A DNA stretch of 63,963 nucleotides, the filler included, from Barthelona sp. PAP020 (taxonomy: Eukaryota), in the NCBI GenBank assembly GCA_040182905.1. It is 3 parts of 3 records of this genome, joined end to end, with 100 filler letters (N's around TTAATTAATTAA, not from the genome) between each part and the next. Parts side by side here need not be neighbours in the genome. Positions count along the whole stretch, not along the records: positions 25,603 to 51,235 come from JARQWU010000146.1; 2 more parts are not named here. One strand, 5' to 3'. Positions within the stretch are counted from its first letter, which is position 1. Each line of letters starts with the position of its first letter. Below the pieces are notes generated by a model. That model was not told the origin of the DNA and did no database searches. It worked only from the letters and a program-made list of their open reading frames with translations. Shown here in pieces: positions 32,583 to 43,561 of this stretch. The position numbers and the translations under genes are program-made.

Positions 32583-34331
32583 ATGTCGAATTTCAAACAT
32601 TGGTTAGATGCTTGGAGTGATCCATTGGCTGGTATAGAAGCTTATTCTTCTCATCTTGCTTTGTCTGATTTGCATGATGATGGTGAAGGAATGTTAGTTG
32701 TTGCAAATCTTGATAACGAATTAAAAATATTCAATAATGTTTCTGTTTTAACAAAAACTCGCCTTTCTAGTCGACCCGTTGGAACTGTTGTTTTTAATAT
32801 GATTCAATCAGGTCAACCAACCAAATGCATTTGTACTGCATCTGGTCCTTATCTTCATATTTATAAATTGGTCGATGACACATTAAAAAAAGTTCATCGT
32901 TTTCAATTACCTGCCCTACCAATAGATCCAGATGAAGAAAGATTATGGAATCAAGTTTTCAATGAATCTTGTAATATACTAAGATTATCTGATGGTTTAA
33001 CACAATTACAAACAGCACAAAGAAGATTAACTGAATTCTCATCAACATTTTTATTGTTTCCCGAAAAATATCGTGAAAGTTACATCCAAATAACAGGTAA
33101 AAAGGCCATGAACGGGTTCAATCAATCCAGTGTTGTTACATGCCTCACAACTATTCGAAAATTATCCCAAGATGCTGGTTCCCCTTCTTGTATTGTTGTG
33201 GGGGATGAATTTGGGAATGTACATATATTAGATGAACAAGTTCTTACAATTGAAACGACAATAACAATGCCTAATGAATCCGCAATTAGTCATATTAGTG
33301 CTTTTGGTGTTTTGGACAAGGAATATCGCTTGGTGGTTTGTACTCGAGCAGGTCAGATCTATATTGTCAAAGATGGACGTCTAACTCAAGCACAAATTGA
33401 AGTCGAAGCACCCCCAATAGGTACAGCCTTAATTGGAACTCATATATTTATCGCTTGTATGAACAAAATGATGATTATTACTGATCAACGTGGTCGTTCA
33501 CCAAGACAGATTCAAATGCCTGATTTTATTGTTGGTATTCAACCTGTGTTCTTTTCCACAGGTACTGCATTTAAAGGGGCTATTGTTGGACTTGCCAATG
33601 GTACTGTTCGTGTGTATTCTTCTCGTGGACCTGTTGTTTCTGAGTTTTCCATCAATGAACGCATAACTGGTTTTAGATTTGGTGTTTATGGTCGTGAAGA
33701 TGGTGCTTGTGTTGTTATTGGTAGATCAGCCGCGCTTCACATTAAAATATTGTCTCGTTTGGCGAATCTTTCTGCTGATATTGGAATTCGCCCAGCACAA
33801 ACGGCTGAAATGAGCAAACCGTTACCAATACCTTCCAAATCTCAGTTATTTTTAGAACTTGCAGAAGCTGAAAAACAAAATGCTCCCTCAATTCATCGTG
33901 CTTTTCAAAAGGAATTGTCTCAAATGAGATTAACCACATCTAAGGAATTCCTGAAGTTATTACAACATGGTCATGCGCCAATCGCTGCAGGGAATGCTGA
34001 TATTCAACTTCGTTTGAGATCAAAATTGCAAGGTATTGGACCCAGATACACTTTAAAAGTCACAGTGGAAAATACTGGTGAAAAACCTGTTTATTCTTTA
34101 CCTTTAATAATCCATTTCAATCCTTCAATTTATTGGTTTAAGCCTTGTTCGTCAATCATTGGTGCTTTGCCTCCTAAATCAGAAGTCACAAAAGAATTTT
34201 TAATTGGAAGAACTAATGATGGAGTTGACATGGAAGAGCCTTCAAGAATTGTAGTTTATGATGAAAAAGGCAGTAAGCCAATAGTTTCTGCAATCACTTT
34301 GATTCCAATTTCAGATTTTGTTGAAGATTGA
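32583..34331 (+). CDS. BBS1: BBSome subunit BBS1
   Basis: WLDAWSDPLAGI...ALSDLHDDGE, FGVYGREDG, IKILSR, IPSKSQLF and LQGIGP motifs. Confidence 0.93.
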   Translation: MSNFKHWLDAWSDPLAGIEAYSSHLALSDLHDDGEGMLVVANLDNELKIFNNVSVLTKTRLSSRPVGTVVFNMIQSGQPTKCICTASGPYLHIYKLVDDTLKKVHRFQLPALPIDPDEERLWNQVFNESCNILRLSDGLTQLQTAQRRLTEFSSTFLLFPEKYRESYIQITGKKAMNGFNQSSVVTCLTTIRKLSQDAGSPSCIVVGDEFGNVHILDEQVLTIETTITMPNESAISHISAFGVLDKEYRLVVCTRAGQIYIVKDGRLTQAQIEVEAPPIGTALIGTHIFIACMNKMMIITDQRGRSPRQIQMPDFIVGIQPVFFSTGTAFKGAIVGLANGTVRVYSSRGPVVSEFSINERITGFRFGVYGREDGACVVIGRSAALHIKILSRLANLSADIGIRPAQTAEMSKPLPIPSKSQLFLELAEAEKQNAPSIHRAFQKELSQMRLTTSKEFLKLLQHGHAPIAAGNADIQLRLRSKLQGIGPRYTLKVTVENTGEKPVYSLPLIIHFNPSIYWFKPCSSIIGALPPKSEVTKEFLIGRTNDGVDMEEPSRIVVYDEKGSKPIVSAITLIPISDFVED

Positions 34332-34808
34332 TTTGACAGTTTATATATTTTGAAAGTTTATGTTAAAAAATGTTTGTTTGAAAGCCCAAAAATTGATATA
34401 AACCGTTTGTATGTCTTTTTTTTTCCAAATGGAGATTTACACTATCCAACTATGTGTTCGCAGAATTTGAAAAAGAATTGAAAAAATAAAAAATATTCAA
34501 TTGCTTTTATGTCACTAAATATCCTGCTTGTTGGGTCACAGATGGTCACATCATTTTATAAATAGTGAAAAAGATTCAAAAATCAGAAATTTGTTGTTGA
34601 TGTGATTAAGTCTTTTCATTTCAGTTTCCATTTGGCTGAAAAAACAAAGTTGGCATGCAAAAGGTGGTTAAATAATTAAAAAACAATAAATTTGACCTGC
34701 CCTTTTTGAACTTTGTAACATCCTGTTGTTGTGAAACAATACCCACAAAAGAAAACATTACAACAACAATTTTAATATCAAGAAGTAACCATCTAAATAA
34801 GCGGTATA

Positions 34809-36014
34809 TCAAGAATCACTCTCACTTTCATCAACCTGAATATCCACAAACTCCCGTATATTGCCTCCTTTGATTGTATTCACATCAATCAAATCCCAAC
34901 ACATGTCACTAATCATGTCATATTCCTCTTTATTCATACAAATACCTGCGGATACAAATTGCCTAATGAATTTGGTGTCCATCTTCATTTCAACAAATGC
35001 TGACAACACATAACCACCATCTTTTGAAATTTCAATAAGTCTTGACTGATGAGAAGGGTCAAAATCATATTTCAGGGAATAAACCTTTATTATTTCATGT
35101 TTGCATAGTACACAGCTCATTTGACTTATATCAGGTGATATTGCGATGGAAAAGGAACCAAGATCACAACCAAGATGAATCTTTTGAATCTCTTGAAAAG
35201 TATCAACATTGTATGTGGTGATGTAACCATCTTTAGACAAGAGAAGCAGAATAGTAGAGGTCAAAAAACGTAAATTATATATTTCAAGTTCCATTCTAAA
35301 GGTATGAACAACTGTTTCATCTTTAATATTCCACAATTTAACAATGCCTGATTGATCACCAACAGCAACAATTTTTTTTGTTGGATGAAAATCAATTCCT
35401 CGAACACTCCCATTATTACTAAATGTGCGAACAATAGCAAAATTGTTGGGATCAATCAACTTTGCAGAACAATCCTTGCTGCCAGTTAAAAGATATCTAC
35501 CAGTTAAAGATGGTCTTAAGCAGAAAATTTTGTGGCGGTGAATACGCTCTTCTAAAACAATACTTTTACTTTCAATGTTCCATTTTCTGATACTTCCACG
35601 ACAATCAGTGGAATATATATACTTCGAGCAATGAGAAAAACAAATTGCATCAACTCCAGTATTTTTACTCAATTTGAACATTAGCGAGAAATCTTGAAGG
35701 TTGAAAATATTAATAAATCTATCATTGGAGCAAGTTGCCAACATCTTGCCATCGTAAGAAAAGGCAACAGAATGAACTAAAAAAGGAAAGGCACAACCAC
35801 TGATAGTACAATTCAATCTCCCAGTTTCATCATCAATAATATGCACTTTGTTATCATCACAAATAGCCAAATATTTACCATCTAATGAATACTCACAAGC
35901 AGAAATCATGGAAAAATGAACTCCTTTGATTTCTTTAACACTTCTTTCATCAATTTTCAACGAAACTAAACCTCGAATAATTTTTCCTATTTCTCTATTT
36001 AATTCAAATGCCAT
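34809..36014 (-). CDS. WD40 protein with family-specific C-terminal domain (paralogue of 19066-20271)
   Basis: Collinear blades (FSHCSKYIYS, FHPTKK, DGYITTYN) and C-terminal IRQFVSAGICMNKEEY...CWDLIDVN...GGN; ATG at 36014. Confidence 0.9.
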   Translation of the reverse strand: MAFELNREIGKIIRGLVSLKIDERSVKEIKGVHFSMISACEYSLDGKYLAICDDNKVHIIDDETGRLNCTISGCAFPFLVHSVAFSYDGKMLATCSNDRFINIFNLQDFSLMFKLSKNTGVDAICFSHCSKYIYSTDCRGSIRKWNIESKSIVLEERIHRHKIFCLRPSLTGRYLLTGSKDCSAKLIDPNNFAIVRTFSNNGSVRGIDFHPTKKIVAVGDQSGIVKLWNIKDETVVHTFRMELEIYNLRFLTSTILLLLSKDGYITTYNVDTFQEIQKIHLGCDLGSFSIAISPDISQMSCVLCKHEIIKVYSLKYDFDPSHQSRLIEISKDGGYVLSAFVEMKMDTKFIRQFVSAGICMNKEEYDMISDMCWDLIDVNTIKGGNIREFVDIQVDESESDS

Positions 36015-36183
36015 CTGCAAATAATAAACAAAAAAAAATTAAGAAATCTTCAAAAAAGGGAATTTTTGTCAAAAAATGAATCTGATATTCTAGCTTTGTT
36101 GTGACAGAACGTTTTATTTCCAAAAAAGCAGACAATTAAAAAAAAAAATGAAAGAACTGAAAAAAAATTTTACAATTTGTCAC

Positions 36184-36546
36184 CTAAAAATCGTTTAACC
36201 ACTTCAATATGTTGGGTGTTTGACAATGACCACTAAATTGACTAACCATAGAGCCTTGCTTATAAACTCGAAGAGTAGGATAAAAACGAATGTTTTCTTT
36301 GTTGCATAATTCATGATTTTCAGAACAATTTAACAAAAAAAATTTCTTTTCTGGTAATCTTTCACTGGCTTTAATATAATGTGGTTTTCCACGTTTACAA
36401 TGCCCACAAAAAGGTGCATAGAACATTATAACTGCCAATTCTTCTTCCTTGAAAGAATCGTAATTATCAGGTGTTACATCGGTTGTCATACATGAAATCA
36501 ACGTAAATAATGCCAAAGATAATAAAATGATACAATATTTCATCAT
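36184..36546 (-). CDS. Single-domain PDI/thioredoxin with signal peptide
   Basis: From the ATG at 36546: signal MMKYCIILLSLALFTLISC, FYAPFCGHCK active site, FYPTL. Confidence 0.88.
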   Translation of the reverse strand: MMKYCIILLSLALFTLISCMTTDVTPDNYDSFKEEELAVIMFYAPFCGHCKRGKPHYIKASERLPEKKFFLLNCSENHELCNKENIRFYPTLRVYKQGSMVSQFSGHCQTPNILKWLNDF

Positions 36547-36982
36547 AAAACTCGGTAAAAAAAAGAAATAGAAAAATATTTTTATTTGATTGGTTTTGTA
36601 CAATTTGAAACAAAGAATTTGAGACAGCGTTTTTTCTCTTTGTCCAAAAAATTTAAACAAATAAAGAAATGAGTCTTTATAAAGAGTTATGGAAAATTAT
36701 TGCTTTCAACAGACAGATGAAACGGATATTTTTGAATTAATTGAAACACAATTTTTAATTGAAGTTAATTGAAATCATATCCAAATATTAACTAAATGAT
36801 ACATATTTGAATACTTTTCAAATGAAAATGATGCCGGCATATTTTGGAAAGATGGGTGAACCAATCAAATAGTAGAATACTTTCGAATAAAAAGTTTATG
36901 TAAGCCACTAAAAAGGAACTCTATATCACAAATAAAGTGTAGTCACCAAAAACAAAAACAAAAAATTTACACACACAAATTG

Positions 36983-38890
36983 TCATTCAAATAAAGCTAA
37001 TTTCAAAGTAAAATTTAATTTGGCAACGTCATCCTTAAAAATGTCAGAAGTTTCCAAAACTGAAACCAAATTTTTAAGCTTTTGTTGAACGTTTGTATCT
37101 TTATGTAATGACAACATTAAAATGTCTTCAAAATTCAATTTTAATTCCATTAGAGCTTTAAAATGCAAAAAATCTTTGTAATTTTTCAAATTGTCACATA
37201 AGATGGTCAAACTTTCCAAAATATTTTCATTTTTTAATAGGTAGAAACAACTCTTCCGAATTTCCCATCTAATTTCTGCAAGATGACAAAAAAAATCTCT
37301 ACAAGCTATTCTACCCATGTCTGAAGCCATAAATAATAAGATCCTCTGATAGTGCTTTTGAAAAATTGAACTATCAACACTCCATAAATCATTACGAAAT
37401 AAGCAAATTTGAATGAGCTTTTCACAATAATTGCTGATTAACTTATTTGTTCTATTCTGGTTTGATTCAGTTTTGTCAAAATTCAGCAATTTATTGAACA
37501 TTTTCTGATCGCTTTCATAAAAAGGTAGACTTGAATCAAAAATCCAACTGATTGATGATGTGGCTACAATATTAACGCTAGCATTTGAATAATTAATGAC
37601 TAGATCCCATTCAAAAAATGATTCTAATACAGGATTTGTACTGCCCACAATGGCCCCAGGAACTAACATAACATTATCAGTAGAAATAGGCTGACAAGGA
37701 AATGCTCGTGATGCAAGAATTCCTCGCAAAGGTGTCATCCAATTAATCAATCCCAAAATCGCTTCTACGACCTCAGTAGCAGTATTTCCTACCAGTAATA
37801 TCCTAGCAGACACAAATAATCCAGTAAATATCTGACTCAATTGAAAACTGTTAAAACGAGTTGCATCAAAGAATACAAGTGACGAAGGTAATTCGTCAGC
37901 CAGAAGTGAATTTGGAAGAACAAAATTCAAAGGATTTTGAAGTTCTTTTGGAATTAAAATAGGTGATGTTTGAGGCTTCATAAGTTTTAAAGAGTGTAAA
38001 TCGGGGAACAAATGATTACTTATTTCAATTTGTTGATAATTTGAATATATCTCTTTTATTTTATTCAATTGTTCTTCTTCTTTCAAACTTAAAATCTCTT
38101 TCAAAAGAATCGGCAGATGTTCTTTGAGACTAATAACAGCTGGAGAAAGGCCAGCAAAGGCAATCCCTCTTGCAAGCATCCCACGTTTTTGAGTATCATC
38201 TTTCAATGCAACTGCACATGAAATACAATACAATGGAGGACAGCAAGTATTCAAATCAGATTTGATTAACCAAGAAGAAGATTCTCCATGATGTTGTTCA
38301 TACTTGGAATAGTACATACCCATAAAAGTATCAACATCATAAAGTGTAAAAAACTCAATACCAAGTTCCAGAGAATCAAACTCAAATGTAAAGAAATTAC
38401 TGCTTTGTTGAGTCAACAAAAATTTAAAAAAATCTAAAGAAATATATAAATGGTCATCTTCTTTCGCATGAAAACTTATTTTATCCCCTTCTATTTTGAC
38501 AAAAACCAATGTAACTTCATCGTTAAAACCAATCCAGTCTTCATCATACATTCTGTATAATTTTACGGTAAAATTATCGGGTAAAGAAAATGTCTCATAG
38601 AATGAGTCAAAATAGCCCCCACCAATTGATAATTTATATGAAGGAAGTTGATGTATTAAAGGACGATTCAAAATAAAAAAGTTCCAATCTTCACCAGTTT
38701 CATGAAGTCCATCTGGCAACATAAAATCAGAAATATCATGATATTCTTCTGCAAAACATGGATATTGATGAATTAATGTATTTCCTTTTTCAATATTGAA
38801 TCCTGAAAAAAATACATGTTGAATTAATGAAATTTTTGTTTCATTTGGTGATATAATATTTTCGTTAACCTTAAATTCATATTTGGACAT
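36983..38890 (-). CDS. Afi1/MesA-like DENN-family protein
   Basis: GFNIEKGN...QYP, MLPDGLH...DWNFF, KDDTQKRG, RAFP, VPGAIVGSTNP and WDLVI motifs. Confidence 0.7.
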   Translation of the reverse strand: MSKYEFKVNENIISPNETKISLIQHVFFSGFNIEKGNTLIHQYPCFAEEYHDISDFMLPDGLHETGEDWNFFILNRPLIHQLPSYKLSIGGGYFDSFYETFSLPDNFTVKLYRMYDEDWIGFNDEVTLVFVKIEGDKISFHAKEDDHLYISLDFFKFLLTQQSSNFFTFEFDSLELGIEFFTLYDVDTFMGMYYSKYEQHHGESSSWLIKSDLNTCCPPLYCISCAVALKDDTQKRGMLARGIAFAGLSPAVISLKEHLPILLKEILSLKEEEQLNKIKEIYSNYQQIEISNHLFPDLHSLKLMKPQTSPILIPKELQNPLNFVLPNSLLADELPSSLVFFDATRFNSFQLSQIFTGLFVSARILLVGNTATEVVEAILGLINWMTPLRGILASRAFPCQPISTDNVMLVPGAIVGSTNPVLESFFEWDLVINYSNASVNIVATSSISWIFDSSLPFYESDQKMFNKLLNFDKTESNQNRTNKLISNYCEKLIQICLFRNDLWSVDSSIFQKHYQRILLFMASDMGRIACRDFFCHLAEIRWEIRKSCFYLLKNENILESLTILCDNLKNYKDFLHFKALMELKLNFEDILMLSLHKDTNVQQKLKNLVSVLETSDIFKDDVAKLNFTLKLALFE

Positions 38891-38963
38891 GTTCAAAGAA
38901 ATTATACATATTATAAATTAAAACTTTATTTGGTCAATATTTTATTTTTTTTTTGTGTGTAGT

Positions 38964-39590
38964 ATGTCTATCAAATTAATTTTGGGATTAATTTTTGCAA
39001 TTGGTGCTTTTTGTACACAATTTGATTTGCACAAAGGTTTGGAAAAATGTTTTTTTGAAGAAGTCCCAGTTGATACTTTGATTTCTGGGAAGTTTTGGCC
39101 TGTTAATTTGAACAGGGACCATCAAAGAATTGAATTTTATGTTGTTGATCCTCACCTAAAAAGAATTTATGAAAGATATGACATAGAAAATTCCAAAGCC
39201 GCTAAATTTAAATTCACTACTTCTGTTCCTGGTGAACATAAATTTTGCTTCCGTAATATTCCTGAATCTGATATTCCTTCCCATTTTTCAAGAAGAATTG
39301 CTTTCGTGTTACAAGTTGGTGAAGCTGCTTTGGATTTTGGTAAAATTGCTAAAACAGATAAGTTAAGACCAATCGAAGTTGAGTTAAGAAGAAGTCAAGA
39401 AATAACTCGTGATATTCACAATACTGCAATTTATATGCGTCATAGAGAAGCCAGAATGAGAAACACATCTGAGTCTACCAATGCAAGAGTTCCTTTCTTC
39501 ACAATTTTTACAATTTTGGTTTCTGTTGGTGTTGCTTTTTTCCAAATGAATTATCTTACCAGATTCTTTTCAAGAAAGAAAATTATGTAA
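38964..39590 (+). CDS. p24/TMED (emp24/gp25L) cargo receptor
   Basis: Signal peptide, GOLD domain (KCFFEEVP, GEHKFCF), REARMRNTSESTNARV, TM and FFxxKKxx tail. Confidence 0.93.
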   Translation: MSIKLILGLIFAIGAFCTQFDLHKGLEKCFFEEVPVDTLISGKFWPVNLNRDHQRIEFYVVDPHLKRIYERYDIENSKAAKFKFTTSVPGEHKFCFRNIPESDIPSHFSRRIAFVLQVGEAALDFGKIAKTDKLRPIEVELRRSQEITRDIHNTAIYMRHREARMRNTSESTNARVPFFTIFTILVSVGVAFFQMNYLTRFFSRKKIM

Positions 39591-39828
39591 GTTTGTTACT
39601 TTTAAACTATTTTTTTACTGAATAAATATTATTCTGTTTTGGTTTTTGATTATTTTGAAATAAAATGTGGAAATGATTTTTTTAACTTTTTGTTTAAAAG
39701 ATAAATTTATCCTAAAAATACACTTGAAGTCATAAAAGTTGAGTTTTTTTCAAACAAACGAAAACGAGAAACAAAAGAAAAAAATATTGTTTTTTTCCTT
39801 TTCGAAGTATAACTTTCTTTTGTGAAAA

Positions 39829-40689
39829 ATGTCAAACGATAGACTTGATAACGCTGTTCACTTTTTGTTGAATTCTCCTGCAAATGAAATTAAAGATGTT
39901 TTGAAGGATTTAAGAAAAATTATTGATGATGATGATTTAATGAATGATGCTGCTGTTCAAGCACTTCAAGAATACAATAATAAATCAAGATTCACAATAT
40001 TTTATGATACTCCTGAAAATGAATCATCTCACATTATTCTATCTGAAAGTAATCATATCAATGATGATTTATATTTTGATTCTAAGAAGAAGTATGTTGT
40101 TCAAATTAATCCTGTGAAGCACGTTGCTATTGAAGTTCAACCAGCTGATGAAGCGACATGCAACAGATTTTTTGATGATTCCATTGAGGAATTCCGTTCT
40201 GAATTAATAGAAAAATTAGAAAAACACATGGAAAACTTTTTCCCTGCTTCAATCAAAGGTTTTGAGGTTTTATCTGCCAATAAAACAATCAAGGTTATAA
40301 TTGGAACTTCTTTGTTCGATAAACGCAATCAGTTTAGTGGTTTAATGAAACTTGATCATTCTATTGAAGTTGATGATGGTGAAGCAAAAATTAAGAGCAA
40401 ATTTATGGTTTCTACACATTATTTTGAATCAGGTAATATTCAAATGAATAATGACTTTGAACCTGAAGAGGTTGTTGTAAGATGTGCAGATATCAAAAAA
40501 TTTGGAAGAAATGTCATTTCTCATATCAATACTAGTGAAGCTAATTGGATTGAAAGTCTAAAGGAACTTTTTGACGAAATCCTTGATAAAAAAATGATTT
40601 CCAAAGTGTTAAGAAGAAATTTACCTTTGGATGGTAAACAAATGAATATGGACACATATATGTATAAAACAGTTATCTCTTACAAATGA
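39829..40689 (+). CDS. CAPZA: F-actin capping protein alpha subunit
   Basis: FLLNSPANEIKDVLKDLR, HYFESGNIQM and LRRNLP motifs. Confidence 0.88.
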   Translation: MSNDRLDNAVHFLLNSPANEIKDVLKDLRKIIDDDDLMNDAAVQALQEYNNKSRFTIFYDTPENESSHIILSESNHINDDLYFDSKKKYVVQINPVKHVAIEVQPADEATCNRFFDDSIEEFRSELIEKLEKHMENFFPASIKGFEVLSANKTIKVIIGTSLFDKRNQFSGLMKLDHSIEVDDGEAKIKSKFMVSTHYFESGNIQMNNDFEPEEVVVRCADIKKFGRNVISHINTSEANWIESLKELFDEILDKKMISKVLRRNLPLDGKQMNMDTYMYKTVISYK

Positions 40690-41214
40690 TGTACATAATA
40701 AATGCAAGAATTAAATGAATGTAAAATAGTTTTGTGTTTTTTCTTTTATTTTCAATGGTTTTATTTAAACTGAATGTTAAAAGAATTTTTGCATGTAGCC
40801 ATTAAAATAATGTGAAAATGATGATTTTGACATTCCAATTATTTCATTTCTTATGAAAAGAAACATTATTTTTTTCCACCCCAATTGACATATATTTGAA
40901 AAGAACATATTTTGATGGGAACCTTTTGATTAGGCAAAATTTTAAATGTAGTTTTTAGCAAGATAAAGCGGAATGCTGTCAGAAAATTTTACCAAAAACA
41001 AATCACTTACAATTGCACCGAAATAAAATGAAATAATACAATTGGAAGACTGATTGTTTTGTTTGTTGTTTTTGAATGGTTGTTTTATAAATTCCTAAAT
41101 ATTTCTTCTTTCAGTACTTTAATTTTGAAAGACTTTAAATCACCAACAAAAAAAAAATAATTCAAAGGTCTATTCATTTATGGAACCGAATTACTATTGA
41201 ATCTCCAGTGAAAA

Positions 41215-41655
41215 TTACTTACGCATGGCTTTAGGAATGTTGAATTTAATTCTCTTAGTGGCAGTTTTCTTAACTTCACGTTCTTTTTGAGCCTTGTCTG
41301 CAGCTAATTTACGCATTTCAACATCTTGTTCACGACGGGCGACAATATCTTCAAAATTGACACCAGAAATAAATTTAGACATCTTTTGAACACGTCTACG
41401 GGTAGTTCTTTTCTTCTTAATAAGACGATCAGCCTTGGGATGGTCTTTTCTCCAACCGGCGGTCCAACCCATACGACGTGGATTGTAACCCTGATGGAAG
41501 AGAGAACGAGACTTATTTCCAGAAAAATGGAGTAAATCAAGTGAAAGTGTGACATAATCAATACCATGACCAGGATATGTTAAAATACCTGAAAAACTGC
41601 AAGGTTCGGTTCTATTATATTAGCAATGATTTGGAAAAATTCAATGATACCTCAT
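41215..41655 (-). CDS. RPL24: 60S ribosomal protein L24 (eL24), 133 aa; exons 41655-41651 and 41611-41215
   Basis: Spliced product MR|TEPCSFSGILTYPGHG...NPRRMGWTAGWRKDHPK...ISGVNFEDIVARREQ. Confidence 0.92.
41612..41650 (-). other. Spliceosomal intron, 39 nt, within codon 2
   Basis: GTATCA...TGCTAAT ATAATAG; contains an in-frame TGA. Confidence 0.9.
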
Positions 41656-41959
41656 TAGGATGTATGTAACCTGAAAAAGGGTGAAAAAAGTAAAAATTTT
41701 TTACAAAGTTTTTCGATGTTTTCTTTTTTCTTCATTTAATTCTCCTCACATTTAATTCTGCCGTTTGTGGATTAATGTAGTATATTATTTAATTATTTTT
41801 TTGATTAAAATTTTATCGGAAAAAACAATAATTCAATCATTTTTAATTTTCTGATAAAACAGAAATATTTTGCAAACCAAAAAGAATAAATTTAAATTTA
41901 CAAAAGAACAGAAAGGTAAAAAAATGGAAACAGTAGTTCTTTTATTGTGTTAAAAAGAA

Positions 41960-43453
41960 ATGACTTTATCTATTGATGGGAGTGAAGCATCAACAATACC
42001 TCCTATGGTAGATTTTGATGATAATCTACCTTTAGAAACTGATTTTTTTGATTTTCGAGTGATTTCTGCTCCACCAATGTTTGATACTGAGCATCATGGA
42101 ACACATGGTTTTAATAATAATGATACACATAGTTTTGGGAATGAATTAAATTTTTTGGATGATTCTAATTTAATGCAAAGCAATATTAATATAAAGAGTT
42201 CTAATTTTGGCAATTTTAACAATTTTGGGAGTTTTGGATTCGAGAATGCGATTAATTTTGATATTGATTTTGCATTTCCTAAAAGAAGTGATACTAATAA
42301 GAATAAATCAATTGAAGTTGAGAATGATTTGGATGAGAGTATATCTGAAACCAATTCATACAGCAATGAAGTTATTGAAGAAGTGATACCCTTTAATAAT
42401 AATAATGATATTGGAGATCATCACAAGAAGATGATCGATTCTGTTGTTTTAGAGCATAAATATTCAGTTATTCAAAATATTTTAGCAGATAACAATGTTG
42501 AATTGTTGTTAATAATAATTCCTCGTGTATTATCGAAAATTGCTGATGATTTGTTGGATGATGTTGTTGGTCAAAATGTTCTTCAAGATTTGCTTGAAAT
42601 AGCATCGCAGAATTTTGATTTGTTGGAGATTGTTGTTTTTTGCTTAGCTTCCAATCTTTCCATGTTTTGTACACATGTAATAGGTACTCGTATTGTACAA
42701 AGATTGATTGATTATTGTTCTAATTATTATTTAATTGGTTCAATCATTCACTCTTTGTATAATGATAGTTACACGTTGATGCAAGACACTAATGCTCATC
42801 ATGTGATGCAAAAATTATTTCAAACCGCATCCTTCGATTATTTGAAGAGATTATATGATATTTGTATAGAAAAGGCCAATTCCCTCTCATATAATAGACA
42901 TGGATGTTGTGTGATGCAGAAAGCACTTCAATATGCTGATATTACCACAAAAAAACTCATTGTTAACAAATTAAAACCCTCTGTTAGAGAATTAGTTATT
43001 CATCCTTTCGGTAACTACGTTGTTCAATTCATTTTTAATTTAGCCACTGATGAAATTGAGTTACAAGAAGATGTCTTTGAGATGTTATTATCATTTCAAG
43101 GATATTTTGTTGAATTATCTCAGCAAAAATGTTCATCCAATGTAATTGAGAAAACGATATCGTTGCCTTATTTAGATTTAGAATCCAAAAAAGCCATAAT
43201 AACCGAATTTTTGGAATATCCAAGGTTTGTTGATCTGTTGAAGCATCAGTTTGCCAATTATGTTATTCAGAAATGTATACGTTGTTCGGATGATGCACTT
43301 AAAGAAAAATTTCGAGAAAAGATTACACCTAACATGAGTTTTATTCCTCAAGTCATTCAAAGAAGATTGAACGACTTATTAAATAATGGAAACAATGCTA
43401 GAACTTCTGGATATAAATATTCTAAAACGCCCAGAAAAACCAAACATCCGTAA
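41960..43453 (+). CDS. Pumilio/PUF RNA-binding protein
   Basis: PUF repeats GTRIVQR, AHHVMQK, GCCVMQK, FGNYVVQ, SSNVIEK, FANYVIQK. Confidence 0.93.
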   Translation: MTLSIDGSEASTIPPMVDFDDNLPLETDFFDFRVISAPPMFDTEHHGTHGFNNNDTHSFGNELNFLDDSNLMQSNINIKSSNFGNFNNFGSFGFENAINFDIDFAFPKRSDTNKNKSIEVENDLDESISETNSYSNEVIEEVIPFNNNNDIGDHHKKMIDSVVLEHKYSVIQNILADNNVELLLIIIPRVLSKIADDLLDDVVGQNVLQDLLEIASQNFDLLEIVVFCLASNLSMFCTHVIGTRIVQRLIDYCSNYYLIGSIIHSLYNDSYTLMQDTNAHHVMQKLFQTASFDYLKRLYDICIEKANSLSYNRHGCCVMQKALQYADITTKKLIVNKLKPSVRELVIHPFGNYVVQFIFNLATDEIELQEDVFEMLLSFQGYFVELSQQKCSSNVIEKTISLPYLDLESKKAIITEFLEYPRFVDLLKHQFANYVIQKCIRCSDDALKEKFREKITPNMSFIPQVIQRRLNDLLNNGNNARTSGYKYSKTPRKTKHP

Positions 43454-43561
43454 TGTTTTTTCCTTATTGCTTTGTACATGTAAATAACTTTATTTTTTTT
43501 TTTTTTTGTATTTAAAATCTTTCAAAAACTTCATTAGCATTTCTGGCTTTTTTTGCAAGTG

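Noticed and set aside
41612..41650. U12-type intron (GTATC donor)
   Set aside because: The donor is GTATCATT, not GTATCCTT, and there is no TCCTTAAC branch site; it matches the other U2-type introns.
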